This document shows, one piece after another, positions 33,648 to 56,110 of a DNA stretch of 64,000 nt (the first letter of the stretch is position 1; every line of letters begins with the position of its first letter). Made by a program: the position numbers and the translations under genes. The notes under the pieces are model-generated. The model made no database searches and had not been told where the DNA came from. It was given only the letters and a program-made list of their open reading frames with translations. Source of the DNA: the human T2T-CHM13v2.0 reference genome, Homo sapiens; the NCBI RefSeq assembly GCF_009914755.1, contig NC_060933.1; one strand, 5' to 3'.

Positions 33648-35132
33648 CAACAGCAGTAGCACACACAGGAAGGTTATGGACACCAGCCACAGATGGGCAG
33701 TGCCAGGCCAGTGACGCAGTATCGGGCGGGGATTGGGCTACTCTCCCTACCTCACTCCCCAGGGGCCTCCCTGGACAAGGGGAAACTTCAGCTACCCTTA
33801 AAGGATGGCAGGATGTACATGGGCAAGGAGGAGAGGCAAGGGCATTCCAGGCAGTGTACAGTAGGTGCAGAGGAAGGACTGCAGGAAATCGACACACAGG
33901 GGAAGAGAGGAATGCAAAGGAGTTAACGGCAGGTGCCTCCATGGCAATGAGACAGTAGATTTTTCCAGTGGATGACTCCGCACAGAAAGAAGAGGCACGA
34001 GGTCACCTTTTAAGAATTGATGCTGACTGGTACAGGCCTGGGCGCTCTGAGCACACAGCACCGAGGTCCGCCTTTCTGAGCTTCTTGGGAAGCCCCGCGG
34101 AACGGCTGTTCTCTGTAACTCCGCCCATTTTAACGATTAGCAAAGTGATAACAGGGACGAGCCAGGTCATAGCAACGGAAGCGGAGTGCTTGCCCTGTGC
34201 TGGGTTCACCCGCATTATCGCATTTAATCCTTGCAGCAGCGCCCCTTGAGGCCGGTGCTGGTATTACCATCCCACATTTTACAGACGAGGTCGCTGAGGC
34301 CCAGGGTGAAGGGGCTCCTCCAGTCTGACAGTTCGTGGGGGGCTTCCAGGCTCCGACGACATTGTCTTTGGTCAGACACAGGGAGCTGGGGGAGACTGCT
34401 TCTATTAAGTTCAGATCCGGCAGCGGCTTATTGCCCTGGTCCCTCCCAGATGCCTGTCGCGTGGGGAGGCGAGGTCTGCAGGGGAAGGCGCATGCCCCAC
34501 TGAGATCCGTCAGTGCGGGCCCCGTGTCTGGAGGGAGAAGCAGCTCGGAGGTGGGTTGGAGGAGGCAGGGAGACTGAGGCAGGGGCAGGGGTCTGGGCCC
34601 ACGAAGGAGGTCCCTCCCACAGCCTGCCAAGCACTGGGGGCACTGGATCCCAAGAGTGCCCCAGGGCCCCATTCCCAGGGGGGTGGCCACTCAGGTAAGC
34701 ACTGTGGGCAAAGGTTGGGGGTGCTGAGTCTGGGGGCAGGACGGGGTGTGCCCCAGGGAGGGGTCCCCAGGGCACAGGAATGGAAATGGCAAGTGTGGGT
34801 AGGCAGGGTCTCAGGCACCCCTCCCAGCCCGGGCACACCCAGAGCTGCAGGTGGGGTTACCCGTGGGACTCCCTGTGCACCGTGTTACCTGGCAGATGGT
34901 ACCCGGACCCATGGCTTGCATGCTGCTGCTGCCACCATTGTGGTCACTGCTATGCTCATGACCGGCTCTCAGCCCCTCCTGGCCCGTGGCTCTGCCACCA
35001 CCGCTCCTGTGTGCTGTTCCTCTTATGCCCCATGAGGTAGCTACAGTTGTCCCCAGTTCCAGATGAGGAAACAGCTTCAGAGAGGCTCACTGACTTGCCT
35101 GGGGTCACACAGCTGATAAATGGCAGAGAGGG

Positions 35133-35433
35133 GGCCAGGCACGGTAGCTCACGCCTGTAATCCCAGCACTTTGGGAGGCCGAGGCGGGTGGATCCTGAGG
35201 TCAGGAGTTTGAGACCAGCCTGGCCAACATGGTGAAACCCTGTCTCTACTAAAAATACAAAAATTAGCCGGGCGTGGTGGCAGGTGCCTGTAATCCCAGC
35301 TACTCAGGAGGCTGAGGCAGGGAATTGCTTGAACCTGGGAGGTGGAGGTTGCAGTGAGCTGAGATCACGCCACTGCACTCCAGCCTGGGCGACAGAGTGA
35401 GACTCTGTCTCAAAAAAAAAAAAAAAAAAAAAA
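35133..35433 (+). mobile_element. Alu (AluS-type) after a MIR remnant (about 35030-35125)
   Basis: Full dimer with A tail. Confidence 0.92.
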
Positions 35434-36553
35434 AGGCAGAGGGGATTTGAGGCCAACTGGACCCCAAACTGTGACCACCACCGTGACGCATCACCTTTGG
35501 CCTGATGTCCTCTCCCTTGGGTCACCTAGAACCAGCACTTCCCAGAATCTGAAATTTTCCACGAGGCCACAGGGCTGAGCCCTCGTGTGAGGAGAAGCCA
35601 CCTTCCTGGTGCAAGCACAAGTCAGATCCGTGGCTCCTCGGAACCACCCAGCCCCAGTGGCCACAGGGCAGCAGGTGTCCTTGGCTGACTTCTGGCCTCT
35701 CCCTGCCAGGGGCTCTCCCAGAAGTAAAGGAAGGTGATGAACCGGCCACTCCCATAAGCCCTGAGACCCCCGAGGCCTCGGCCCCATCCTCACCCTCCTA
35801 ACCAGTCTTGCGACAGGGCTGGAGAAAGGGTTTCCCCCATAAGAGGGACTCTGATTGGCCAGTGGGGGACCTAGGGAGGCCTGGGATATGACGGGCAGGT
35901 GGGGCTGGAGAAAGCCGGCTCTCTTTGGTGCTCTTGGCTGGTTTTCAAATGTCTTGAAGCTACTGTGGTTGCCATACCCATCTGGCTGTAAATTAAATTT
36001 GGGGCGAAGGGACCTCTTGTCCCAAAGTTTCTCATCTCATCCAGCATGACTGGCAGTTAAGGTTCCTTCTCTGGGTTCCAGTGCTGGCTGCATCCCCACC
36101 AGCAGTTGGCTTTGGAGATAGACTGAATCTGAACTTCTCTGAGCTTCAGTTTCCTCCTCTTTAAAGTGAGGATAATAGAAGCACGTTTCTCATAGGGCTG
36201 CTGGGGAGCATCTGTGTGATGCTCAGATGATCTGTCTGAGGGCCTTTCCTACGTGAAAACAGTGAATGTCATTGATATTATCCAATTCTCTCCACCCCAA
36301 AGTTGTTGCCCCTTCATTTTGGTCCATCGATTTGGCTATCAGCTTTTATTTCTTGCCACTTGGGCCATGGGTGAAGCTGCACTCAAGATCTGGGTCCAAG
36401 TCCAAAATTTCAGAGAGGAAAATACCTTGAAACAGGAGCCTGTCATGAACTAGTCGATAGCAGAGGGAGGCTCCCCACTGCCAACATGACCTCTGCCCCA
36501 CCAACCCCAAGGGGCCCCCCACAACCACCCAGGGAGCTATCTCTGGGGCACCT

Positions 36554-36804
36554 GGCCCGGGCGCAGTGGCGCACGCCTGTAATTCCTCCCTTGGGAGGCC
36601 GAGGCGCGTGGATCACTTGAGGTAAGGAGTTCGAGACCAGCCTGGCCAATATGGTGAAATCCTGTCACTATTAAAAATACAAAATTTAGCCAGAAATCTC
36701 TTAAACCTGGGAGGTGGAGGTTGCAGTGAGCTGAGATCGCACCGCTGTACTCCAGCCTGAGTGACAGAGTGAGACTTTATCTGAAAAAAAAAAAAAAAAA
36801 AAAA
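36554..36804 (+). mobile_element. Alu with about 50-bp deletion at the start of the right arm
   Basis: aaaatttagccag is joined directly to aaatctcttaaacctggg. Confidence 0.88.
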
Positions 36805-37676
36805 TTGGTCTGGCCCTTGCCCCCGCTTTTTCTGGAGCCACGAGGACCCATATAGCCAGATAAATAGGAAAACTGGAGCCCCAGGGCCTGTGATGAGTTT
36901 ACATCAAATAGAGCCCTGCTATATGCAATCACTGTCACTAGAATCACTACTTGGAAATTCCCCAGCTCAATCCCCAGCACAAAGTGGGCTAAGCTTTTGC
37001 TCAGTGCCAGAGAAAAACTGAGAGGTTAGAAAGATGCAGGTGACAGAGAAGGATGATAAAATGATGTTTCCCATCAAGTGAAATGAAAGGTTTTGCAATG
37101 TGTTCCTCTGTTTCCTTACAAGTAGGAACAGCCTCTCCAGGGAGCACCAGCTTGGAGGACACATAGCCACTCCCAGAGCCCCGGTCCCTGCTGTCCATAG
37201 GGGTAGCACGTCACCAGCACCATGTCCTGGCCTCTGAGTCAACAAGACCAGGCTGAGACCCAGTGGAAGCACCAGCTGGTGACTCTGAGCAGCTTCTTTT
37301 CCCTAATCTCTCTTTTTTTCTTTTCTTTTTTTTGAAACAGGGCCTTACTCTTTTATCCAGGCTGGAGTACAGTGGTGTGATCATAGCTCACTGCAGTCTC
37401 GAACTCTTGGCCTTAGGTGATCCTCCCATGTCAGCCTCCCAAGTAGCTGAGACTACAGTCACATGCCATCACACCCGGCCTGTTCCCTAATCCTTTGTGT
37501 ATGTGTGTATTAAGTTGATAATTATAAAAAATAATATACTTTGCACCTTAATGCTATGAGTGAGTGCTCTTCAACTATGAAGAACAAGATTAAATTATAT
37601 CCAACGGAATGAGCTTGAAATGTTTAACAAATCCATACCAAAAAACACAGAAGAAAAAGCCTTTTTATTCCAATGA

Positions 37677-42050
<4,374 letters not shown>

Positions 42051-42234
42051 TCTACTGAGAGAAGTTGAGCCACCATATGCAGAAATTGGTCAAGTAGAGG
42101 ACAAAATGCTACTTCTGAAGGACAAGATGACTTGGTCACCCAGTAGTCTGAGTCAGAGCATCGTGCTGGGTCTTCATGGCAACACTGGGGTCATTAACTG
42201 CACCATCTTGGGAGAGAGACACACATTGGTTTGA

Positions 42235-43983
<1,749 letters not shown>

Positions 43984-44472
43984 AAAATACATCTTTCCCT
44001 TCTTGAAGTTCACAGAGCTAGGAGGAACGACTTGGGGTGGGGCCTTAGAGATGTTTGGAAAAAAAAGGGGCCCAAACCCATCCCAAATCCTGAACCCACC
44101 CTTTCCATCCCCTTGTGCCTGACCTGTAAATGGAAACGAACTGTTAGCACCAATGCTAATCATAGCTTGTTGTACCCAGCAATTACTGAACATTTGCTTG
44201 ATGCCAGATTATTTTTCATACGGTGCAAGGGCTTAGGCCAGGACCACTACTTAGGAAGATGTTCAGTTAATGTTTGCTGGCTGAGTGATGTTGGCCTCTG
44301 CTCTGCCAAAGATGTTTTTGTTCCCAGGGACTTCGTTTCGTTTAACTGTAAGTCACTTGTCATCTCAAGAGAAAGGCCCATGAGGCCATGTCCTGAATAA
44401 AGCAACATTTCTCCACCTCCATTACTTAGGACTTTTGTTACAAATGGCAAAAATCCAATCTAAATGAGCCTA

Positions 44473-45126
<654 letters not shown>

Positions 45127-45129
45127 GGA

Positions 45130-46270
45130 ACTTATAGATTTGCATAATCATACTACAGACAGTATGGTGGGAGCGGGGACTCAAAGGATACCAGGCTTCT
45201 CTTCCTCTCTCTGCCTTCCTGTCTCTGTTGGCTTCACTCTCTCCTACTGTAGATGATCTCCTCCCTGAGGGTGGGGAACATAGCTGCTGGCCCCCGCGTG
45301 CACCACCCCGCCCCCGCCCCGCTTCCCCGTTTTATAGTCTTTGAGTTCCATGACCCCAGAAGGAAAGGGATTCTTCCACAGTAGAAGTAGAAACATCCCA
45401 GGGAAAGATATTGATTGGCTCTGTGTGGGTCACATGCCCAACTTTAGACCAATCACTGTAACTGGAGGGATGAGACACTATGATTGGTTCAGGTTGGGTC
45501 ACATGACTACTCCAGCAGGGGTTTGTTGGAAGCCAGTACCAGAAGGAATGAGACGTTTTTTTTCTTTTTCTTTTTTGAGATAGGGTCTTGTTTTGTCACC
45601 CAGGCTGGAGTGCAGTCTCAACTCACTGCAACCTCGACATCCCGGGCTCAGGCAATTCTCCCATCTCAGCCCCTGAGTAGCTGGGACTACAGGCCTGCGC
45701 CACCACCAGCGGCTAATTTTTGTATTTTTTGTAGCGATGGGGTTTCGCCATGCTGCCCAAGCTTGTCTCAAATTTCCGGGCTCAAGTGATCCGCCCGCTT
45801 CCACCTCCGAAAGTGCTGAGATAACAGGCCTGAGCTAGTGCACCTGGGAACTGTGTTCTTAATTGCAGGCAACAGAAGCCAACTTTTGCTGATTTAAGCA
45901 GCACTATTAAGTGCTCACAGGTGAGCTACAGAATTCTGCTTGGCGCTACCGAGGCGGAAACAAGCCCTTGAAGGCATCGGAGCCCTAGTCTGACGACTAG
46001 AGGCTGTGGCTCACTCAACTGCCCCTACCACGCCAGGAACTTTTGCTGCTGCTGCCACTAAGGGGCCACCAGCTTCTTTGTGTCTCTGGTTCCAAATCCA
46101 AAGGCCAGCTCGAGTGTATTTGGTGGGCAGAGATTATGACAAGCCCCTGCCTCAGCTGCAGGAGAGGATGGGAAAGCGACTAGCTGGCAGCTTAGCATCT
46201 GCAGTAGCAAGCAAGTTCTGCATTCCACTCAGCCTCATAAGCAGGGGCATTCCCAAACTCGATGTTTGGG
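45130..46270. mobile_element. Old MaLR (MLT1J/K/L-like) fragments plus an antisense Alu at 45557-45848
   Basis: gattggct...gggtcacatgccc...ccaatcactg and ttgcaggcaacagaagcc motifs. Confidence 0.55.
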
Positions 46271-46949
46271 TGGCTCAAACTCAAGACAAATGTATATGTT
46301 GTATGTGTCTGTGCAGCCGCCACTAACCACTTTGTTCTTGATGCTTTCGTTCCTGGGATGTAGGCCTGTTTCCACTAAATGTCAAGCGAGATGTGATTAC
46401 ATCTCCTTTGCGAATGGAGTCCACCCCATAAATCTTGGCCCTTGGCAAGCAGCTCCTCTTCAGGCTATAAGAAGGTCATGGCTTGCTGTCTGGGCTGGGG
46501 AACATTTCTCTCCTTCAGATTTTCCAAATGGCGTTTCTTGGGAAGCAGCTCCAGACACCATTAATTAAACATCTTTAATCTGATTCCTTTTGCAATTCTC
46601 TGCTTTCATCAAAGGTCAACTGTCATGGCCCAATAGTTAGGATTGATCTTTTTCCTTGATGGACATCATCTTGGTGACACTGTGGATTCCTTAGTGGAGA
46701 CTTCACAAGGCTAAATTGAATTGACAGGTACTTAAAGGAGACGAGTGGGGAGGGGTCCAAGGAGGTAAGAGAGCTCTGGCCTGGGCCAGAATCTATCACT
46801 CCCACTGCAGGAGCTGAGCTCAGCCTCACTTAAACGCAGAGGGTGGCCCCAGCTGGCCTCCCCAGGTCCCCTGGTCCTTTGAGATCCCCTTACTCTGGTT
46901 TTCTAGCCACCCTTCCCAGGCAGCCATACTGTTTTTTTAACGTGATAAT

Positions 46950-47551
<602 letters not shown>

Positions 47552-47554
47552 GAT

Positions 47555-48235
47555 GAAATACACATAACATAAAATTCATCATTTTAATTATTTTAAAGTG
47601 TACAATTCAGCAGCATTGAGTACATTCACGATGTCTTGTGGTCATTACCACTATCTAGTTCCAGAACATTTCATCACCCCAAGAAGAAACCCTGTACCCA
47701 TTTAGCAGTCACTCCTTATCTCTCCTATCTCCATCCCCTAGCAACCACTAAACTGTTTTCTGTCTTTGTGGAATTGCCTATTCTGGGTTCTTCCAGATTT
47801 CATTATATGATTCTGGAATCATAAAATACGTGATTTTATGATAAATATGATAAATTGAATCATAAAATATGTGGCCTTTTACATCTGGCTTATTGTATTT
47901 AGCATAATGTTTTAAAGGTTCACCCATGTTGTAGCATGGATCAGTTCATCATTCCTTTTTATTGCTGAATCATATTCTGTTGTATGGTTACTACTACATT
48001 TTGTTTATCCCTTTGTTCGTTAATGGACATTTGGGTTGTTTCCACCTTTTGGCTATTGTGAATAGTGTTGCTATGAACACTGTTGTACACATTTTTGTTT
48101 GAACACCTGTTTTCGATGCTTTTGGCTATATACCTAGTGGTGGAATTGCTGGGTCATATAATAATTCCACGTTTAATTTTCTTGATGAACCGCCAAACTG
48201 TTTTGCGCAGCGGCTGCACCATCTTTCATTTCCAG
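47555..48235 (-). mobile_element. L1MB-type 3' region, antisense
   Basis: aaagtgtacaattca...ttccagaacatttcatcacccc...atggacatttgggttgtttcc motifs. Confidence 0.85.
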
Positions 48236-48688
48236 TGCCCTCTCTCTTGACCTGGCATCTTTAAGTGCTTTGAAATGATTTTTCTTGGCTGTCATGCTTC
48301 CCTTCTACTCCCTCGAAGACAGCTTTCAGAATCTTCTGGTTGACAAGAACTTATCTGTTGAACAGCCCCAGCTAATGTGCTGATGGGAAAAGGGAAGGGA
48401 TGTCTTGTCTGAGCCCAGTGCAGTATCACAGGGGCTTCTGGGGCAAATCTCTCCATCTTTGCTGTTTAATACAGAGGAAATGGTGCTAATGGTGGAAATG
48501 TAGGTGGAGGGGGACCGTGGCTGTGACAGGAGGGGTCCTGATTTGGGAGCAGGTCAGGCTGTATAGAAATGCCTGCTTTGGCCAGGCACAGTGGCTCACA
48601 TCTGTAATCCCAGCACTTTGGGAGGCAAAAGCAGGAGGATGCTTGAGCCCAGGAGTACAAGAAAAGCCTGGGCAACATAGTGAGACCC

Positions 48689-49385
48689 TGATATGGTTTG
48701 GCTATGTCCCCACCCAAATCTCATCGTGAATTGTAGCTACCATAATTCCCACATGTTGTGGGAGGGACCCGGTGGGAGGTAATTGAATCATAGGGGTGGT
48801 TTACCCCATACTGTTCACATGGTAGTGAATAAGTCTCATGAGATCTGATGGTTTTATTTATTTATTTATCTATTTACTTATTTTTGAGACAGAGTTTCAC
48901 TCTGTCACCCAGGCTGGAGTGCAGTGGCGCCATCTCAGCTTAGCTCACCGCAACCTCTGCCTCCCAGGTTCAAGTGATTCTCCTGCCTCAGCCTCCCAAG
49001 TAGCTGGGATTACAGGCACCCGCCACCACGCCTGGCTAATTTTTGTATTTTTAATAGAGATGGGGTTTTACCACATTGGCCAGGTTGGTCTTGAACTCCA
49101 GACCTCAGGTGATCTGCGCACCTCAGCCTCCCAAAGTGCTGAGAATACATGCATGAGCCACCACGCCTGGCCAAGATCTCGTGATTTTATAAATGGGAGT
49201 TCCGCTGCACCAAGTTCTCTTTCCTGCCACCATGTAAGACGTGCCTTTGCTTCTCCTTTGCCTTCCATCATGATTTTGAGGCTTCCCCAGCCATGTGGAA
49301 CTGTGAGTCCACTAAACTTCTTTCCTTTATAAATCACCCAGTCTTGGGTATATCTTTATTAGCAGTTTGAGAATGGACTAATACA
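48689..49385 (+). mobile_element. THE1 solo LTR (MaLR) inside an AluJ (48580-49580) and containing an antisense AluS (48853-49172)
   Basis: tgatatggtttggct...gaatggactaataca termini; 5-bp TSD gaccc at 48684-48688 and 49386-49390. Confidence 0.92.
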
Positions 49386-49395
49386 GACCCTGTAT

Positions 49396-49673
<278 letters not shown>

Positions 49674-50571
49674 TCAAACACCTGGGGAACTTACTCAAAT
49701 AAAGAGAGCGTGTAAATTAAGGGGAATTATTAAAGAAACTAAGATATTGCTTATGTATTTTAATTGTACTAATTAAGCTTGCAAGCTTATAATACAATGA
49801 ATGAAAGGGCCTGGACTTTTCTTGTTCTATCCATCCATTCATACAACACTTATTTATTGAGCTCCTGCTGTGTTCCAGATGCTGTACTTGGGTTCAAGGG
49901 TATGAATGAGAATGAGTCAATTGTGGTCTCTGTCCTTTGGAGACACTTTGCTTTGTGGGTCACTTTTGGCACTGGACAATCACAGCCCTTTCCTCAGGGT
50001 GCCTCAGCGCCTGCCCCAGGAGTTGGATTCCAAAATCAACACAGGAGAAATCTAGGTACAGAAAAAAGTTTAGCAATCCTTAAATTCCACATGAAGGTCA
50101 ATGTTCATGGTTTTGTGTTTATTGCCTGAACGTAAATAGTTATGCAAAACCCTACACCATAGGAGGGAAAAACAAAAGGACAGGCATGTCTCAGTGGGAA
50201 TGCTTTTGGCTGCAAGTAATGGAGAATGCAATGCAGTTAGCTTAACAATGAAGGAAAATGCATCATTTCACATAGCAAGAAAGCCACACGGAGGGCAACT
50301 CTGAAGCTCGTTTCTCTTTCCATGCTGTCCATGGGCTGTGTCCTCATGGTTCCAGGATGGCTGTACAGTTCCTCCCCTCCTATGCAGACATCACATCACT
50401 AAGTGGAAGAAGAGGGGCTCCACTTCTTTCTTCCTTGTGTCTTTTTTTTTTTTTTCCTAGATGCCTTCTAGTTTCACTTTTCCATGGAGACCTGTAAATC
50501 ATCTGCAATTAGTCTTTGTGTCTGGTGTGAGGCAGGGACCCAGGTTCATTGTTTTACCATACAGATATTCA

Positions 50572-51180
<609 letters not shown>

Positions 51181-52858
51181 TCAATTGGTTATCTATGTAT
51201 AGATCTATTTCTGGACTCTGTCCTGTTCTATTGACTTATTTGTCTTTCCTCTTGCCTTTCCCATGCTGTCTTAATTACTGTTGCTTTGGAATAAGACTTC
51301 AAGACTTGCAGGCAGTAGAAGTCCTCTGACCTGGTTCTTTTGTGTCTCTTGAAGACACATGAGTACACACTCTTTCATGGCCCGTTGGCCAAAATTGCAT
51401 CAAATGCCCATTCCCAGCCCAGTCACTGGCAAGGGGAATGGGATTACAGGGTGACCTAGTCCATCAGGGTTTCCTTTGGGGAGAGAAAAGGGTTACCCTT
51501 CCTCAAGTTGTGTGGAGGAAGAATAGTCACCTGAACCAGAAAGCCAGAGGGAAAGCCAGGCTTTCCAGGAAGAAGGTAGGGAAGAATTTAGGATAGGAAG
51601 CCAACAGTGTCTGCCAAAATACACAAAACAGTTAAATGGAATTTTTAATTATGAGATAGAGAAAGAGGACAGAAGAATAAAAGGACAGACAGTAAACTTC
51701 AACTCACGTGGATATTCTTGCCAGCCACTGATGACAATGGTAAAGGTGACAAAATAGCCATAAATGACAAGAAGGCTTAGTTTACTGCCTGAACAGTGAG
51801 GAATGACCCCTGCCAATGAGGCGGGCTCCTTCTCCCCTGACTTCAGCATCAGGGGCTCAGCAGGGCATGAGCCCTGTCCAGGGGACACTGGGCTAGGGCT
51901 GGGTGGCGGGGAGCGAGTCTCAGAGCGCTTGGCCCTGGTTTAGCTTTTACTTGTTTGTTCTTGAAACATGGGGATGGGCAACAGTTTCTGCATCTCTTGA
52001 GCTGCCCAAATATTTCTTGGGATGGTCTCAAACCATTCCTTACGGTCCATGTGACTTGGAGGCTGGTCCATAGAGGGGCTGGATTCAGCAGTAAATCATC
52101 TAGTGCTGGCTGACTGGAGCACTCGGCGCAGGCTTGCAGATTCTAACTTCTTGGCTCCTGCAGCCCATCCTCGGTAGCTTCATCTTCCCAGTTGTTTGTC
52201 AGTTCCTCCGACTTCCTGCTAGCCTTGTTTTCCAGGCCCTCGCTTAATTCTTTAATTTTTCCTAGAGGAACGAAACAAGGATTTGAAACAGTTTTTAATT
52301 CTCAGGCCCTGGGAGGGCAGAACCCCTGCTTCATTCCCGGGGTTATTTCTCTACCTCCTTTTTTTGCCCAGGCCTTCTGGTGACATATGAGTAGACTGTG
52401 ACTTTCCAGCCTTTCAAAGGTGCTTAATGTCTGAAGCTTGAGTCAGAGTCCAGCCTGGGGAATTGCTCGAGAGGACTATGAGTGTCTGAGGAAGACACCG
52501 AGCTCCTGGTTAGTTCTAGAAGAAGCTCTGCTTGCTGGGATTCCTGTACAAATCATTGCCCCATGTTTCTGGGGCAGCATGGAGTGGTGAGGTGGGTCAC
52601 AGGATTTGTGGGAAGGCACACGCCAACACACAGCCCAGTCCAGACACAGGACTTCACCTCTCGGAGCCTCAGTTGTCTCATCTGTTCCATGAAGAGGAGA
52701 TGTTGACGTTAGAGGTTGCTGAGGGAGCACCTGAGGAGGGGGTCAGTACGGGGTCTGGCCTTCCCCGAGGCTCTGGCCAATCCTCTCCACCCTTAGTATT
52801 TTTACTCTCTCAGAGGAACAGAGAAGATTCCCTGAGGATGAGGGCTGGGGTGGGATGA

Positions 52859-53252
<394 letters not shown>

Positions 53253-55919
53253 TAAGGAAGGGCGATTGGTAGGGAGAAGTCATTTCTCGTGCACTGACCA
53301 TGTATTCAGAGTCCGGGGTTTTGATCTGGCCCCTCTGCACATGGATCCCCAGTGCAGACGCAGTGCATGGAACTGAGTTCATGAGCCAGGGCTGAACTCG
53401 GCAGGTTGAGCAATACCCGTGCCTGTTTCCTTTAAGTGGATGGCCCATAGCATATTTTTGCTCTCTGTAGCTGTCTGCAACAAATGTGCTACGTTAGGAA
53501 ACAACTCCGCTGAGACCGCTTCTTCTGGAAAGAGAGGAGAAGTGTGGGGTTCCCAGGCAGCCTGCAGTCAAGTCAAGGTGGTGGGATGGAAATTGATTGA
53601 TGAGGTTCAGTTGTGTTTTCTCTGGGCTGCTGCACTGCAGCCTTGCTCACTTTTGCTATGCGACCATAGTTACATTCTTGGGAAGCCCCGAGCACTCGGA
53701 GAGGATGGTGCTTGGGGCAGCACCTCCAGTCATCCTGGATGGGCATTGGGGTCAGGCCAGACATTACTCTTTGATGGAGCTATGGCAGACAGATGACAGG
53801 TGCCTGCTCAAGCCTCTCTTCCCTGGCAGTTGGGGGAAGCAGTGCCAAGATGAGCCTAGACTTCCCCTCGCATCCTTCCTCTGTCTCTGAGGGACCGGGG
53901 TGGTGGTTCCAGAGTGGTAAGGCTGCAAGAAACATCAGAGGTTATCTTGTTAGCCTCCCTTCCGTCTCAGAATCATTTTATGAATGAAGAGACCAAGCTC
54001 CCGGGAGGGGAGGGCTTTGCTCCAGGTAGCCAGGCTGTTTCAGGACTGAAATCCATGATTCCTTTTGCCCCCGGTGACCAGCTCGGGGAAAGGTATCTTG
54101 CTTTTTTTCTTTGGGGCCAGCTTTGCCCTTACATCCTTGATGGGTAGATTTGTGGCTTCCTGGCATCTACAAGGTCTACCCTCCAAACTTCTCTGCTGTG
54201 ACCTGTCTGAAATGCACATCAAATCAGATGGCTTTCTGGCCTGCATTCTTCAATAGCTCCCCAATGTCCTCAGAAAAACCCCAAGTGCATTTGCAAGATA
54301 CCAGAGGTCCTTTGTGATCTAGTCTTTGTTCTCAGCTTGCCATCCCCTGGCTGGTTACATAGGGCTACCTGTCAGTGGGTGTCTCAGATCTCCCTGCCTT
54401 CGCACATGCTGTTCCTGCTCCTCAAATACCCTTCCCTGCTTGTTCCTTAAGACTTCTCAGGCTCATTCTGTGGCCTCCTCTGACCTCTTAGGCTCAGTCA
54501 CTCCTTCCTCTGAGTTCCCAGAGTGCTTGGTAATTCCTCTATTAGCACTTACCTCATTGACTTAGAATTATTTGTTTACATGTCTCTTCTCCCCAGAGTG
54601 GGAAGCATGTCTTCTGCATCTTCATCCCCCCACCCCCCGCTGCTGCTCTCGCTGCCTAGCAGAGTGCCTGACCACAGCTTGGGCTCAGCAAATGTTTGTG
54701 GTGTGAATGACCGAAGGACCTTTGTCCCCAAATGTTCCCTGCACTGTGCCTGAAATGTCACCATTTATGAGTCCTGCCTGGTTCCTGGCTCCTGTTGGCT
54801 TTTGCCTTCCCACAGCTGGGACCTCTTTCTCCAACAGCTGGCCCAGCCCTGCCCAGACTCTGGGGGTTATCACAGACTTAGCCCAGGGAGATTTAAAGAG
54901 CCAGCATTAAGAAGTGCAGGTGACTCAACTTCCTGTGAACTTGGCTGCAAGTTCCACTCCCTTGCTGGGTCTGGGCACCTGGTGGCACTATATTCCACGA
55001 GACTGGTAGCTCCGTGGGAGACCATTTCCCTCGGACCCCAGCTCTGGGCTAGAACAGAGTCCCTGCGGATGTGTGCTACCTCCCGCTGTGGCCAATGCCC
55101 AGCTGCCAAGCTTCTCTGATGCCTGCTGCCCCATTCAGGTGGCACACCTTCCTTGGGCACCTAGCATGTGCCGGGCACAGGATCTCTGCCATAGAACTCA
55201 CAGCCAGAGTGGGAGAGGCAGGGCCCCAGACATGACATGGGCTGTACGGTGTGGTCAGAGCCAGGACAGGGCTCAGAGAAATGTGGGTTGCAGGGCAAGG
55301 GTTCAGAAGCAGCCTCAGAGGTGGGGTCTGAGCTGAGACCGAAGAGGAAAGGAAGAGCGTGGCGGAGGGGTGGCTTCCTGGCTGACGACTCTGCAGGGAC
55401 AGGGGCTCAAGAAAGCGCCCCCCATCACTCACAGACCTAGAGCCCTCAGCCATGTCTCTGGGAGCATGGTGTTCTCGGAGGAGGGATTGAGGGGATTAGC
55501 TACCTTCTCGCACATGACTCAAAACCCGGCATTTCCACAAAAGCTGCGGTTTATTTATTCAGACAACATTAGTGCCTCCCCACCATGTGCTTGGATATGG
55601 GCTGGGAACTAGGGGCTCATCCAGTGTAGACCAAGGCCTAGCCGTGCCCTCAAGGGGCTTATAGGCCAGCGGGGAGAGAGGCCTGGAAACAGGTCCCGAG
55701 AGCACAGCCTGAGATAAGCAGCCGTGCCTGAGCCCATCTGGATCTGCCCGGAGCAGGAGGCTGAACCCAGTCCCAGGCAGCACCTCACGTGGGATGCAGC
55801 ATCCACACATGCAGCCCATGGGGCTGGGGAGGTGGATGGGCAGGAGGATAGCCCTCATCCTCTGGAGTCACCAGGTGACCGTGTGACAATGTCTTTTAAC
55901 ACAAGGGAGGCAGCAGAGC

Positions 55920-56110
55920 CCTGGGCCTTTGGAGTCTTTCTAGATCTGGCCTCTGATCTTGTCTTCATTGTTTGATAATTGAGTGACCTGGAGCAAATGC
56001 CTTCACCTCTCTGAGCCTCAGTTTGCTCCTCTGTAAAATGGGCTTAGGGTTAGTATTTCATTCTAGGGTTGCAGCCAGTCTTCAAGCAAATAACTGAAAA
56101 TGCTTAGAAC
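55920..56110 (+). mobile_element. MIR remnant upstream of the HMCN2 promoter (others at about 1440-1520, 6355-6415, 7100-7195, 7850-7950, 9700-9750, 10020-10090, 16410-16520, 34200-34320, 36130-36200, 58860-58920)
   Basis: MIR core ctctgagcctcagtttgctcctctgtaaaatggg, or its reverse gatgaggaaactgaggc. Confidence 0.7.
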
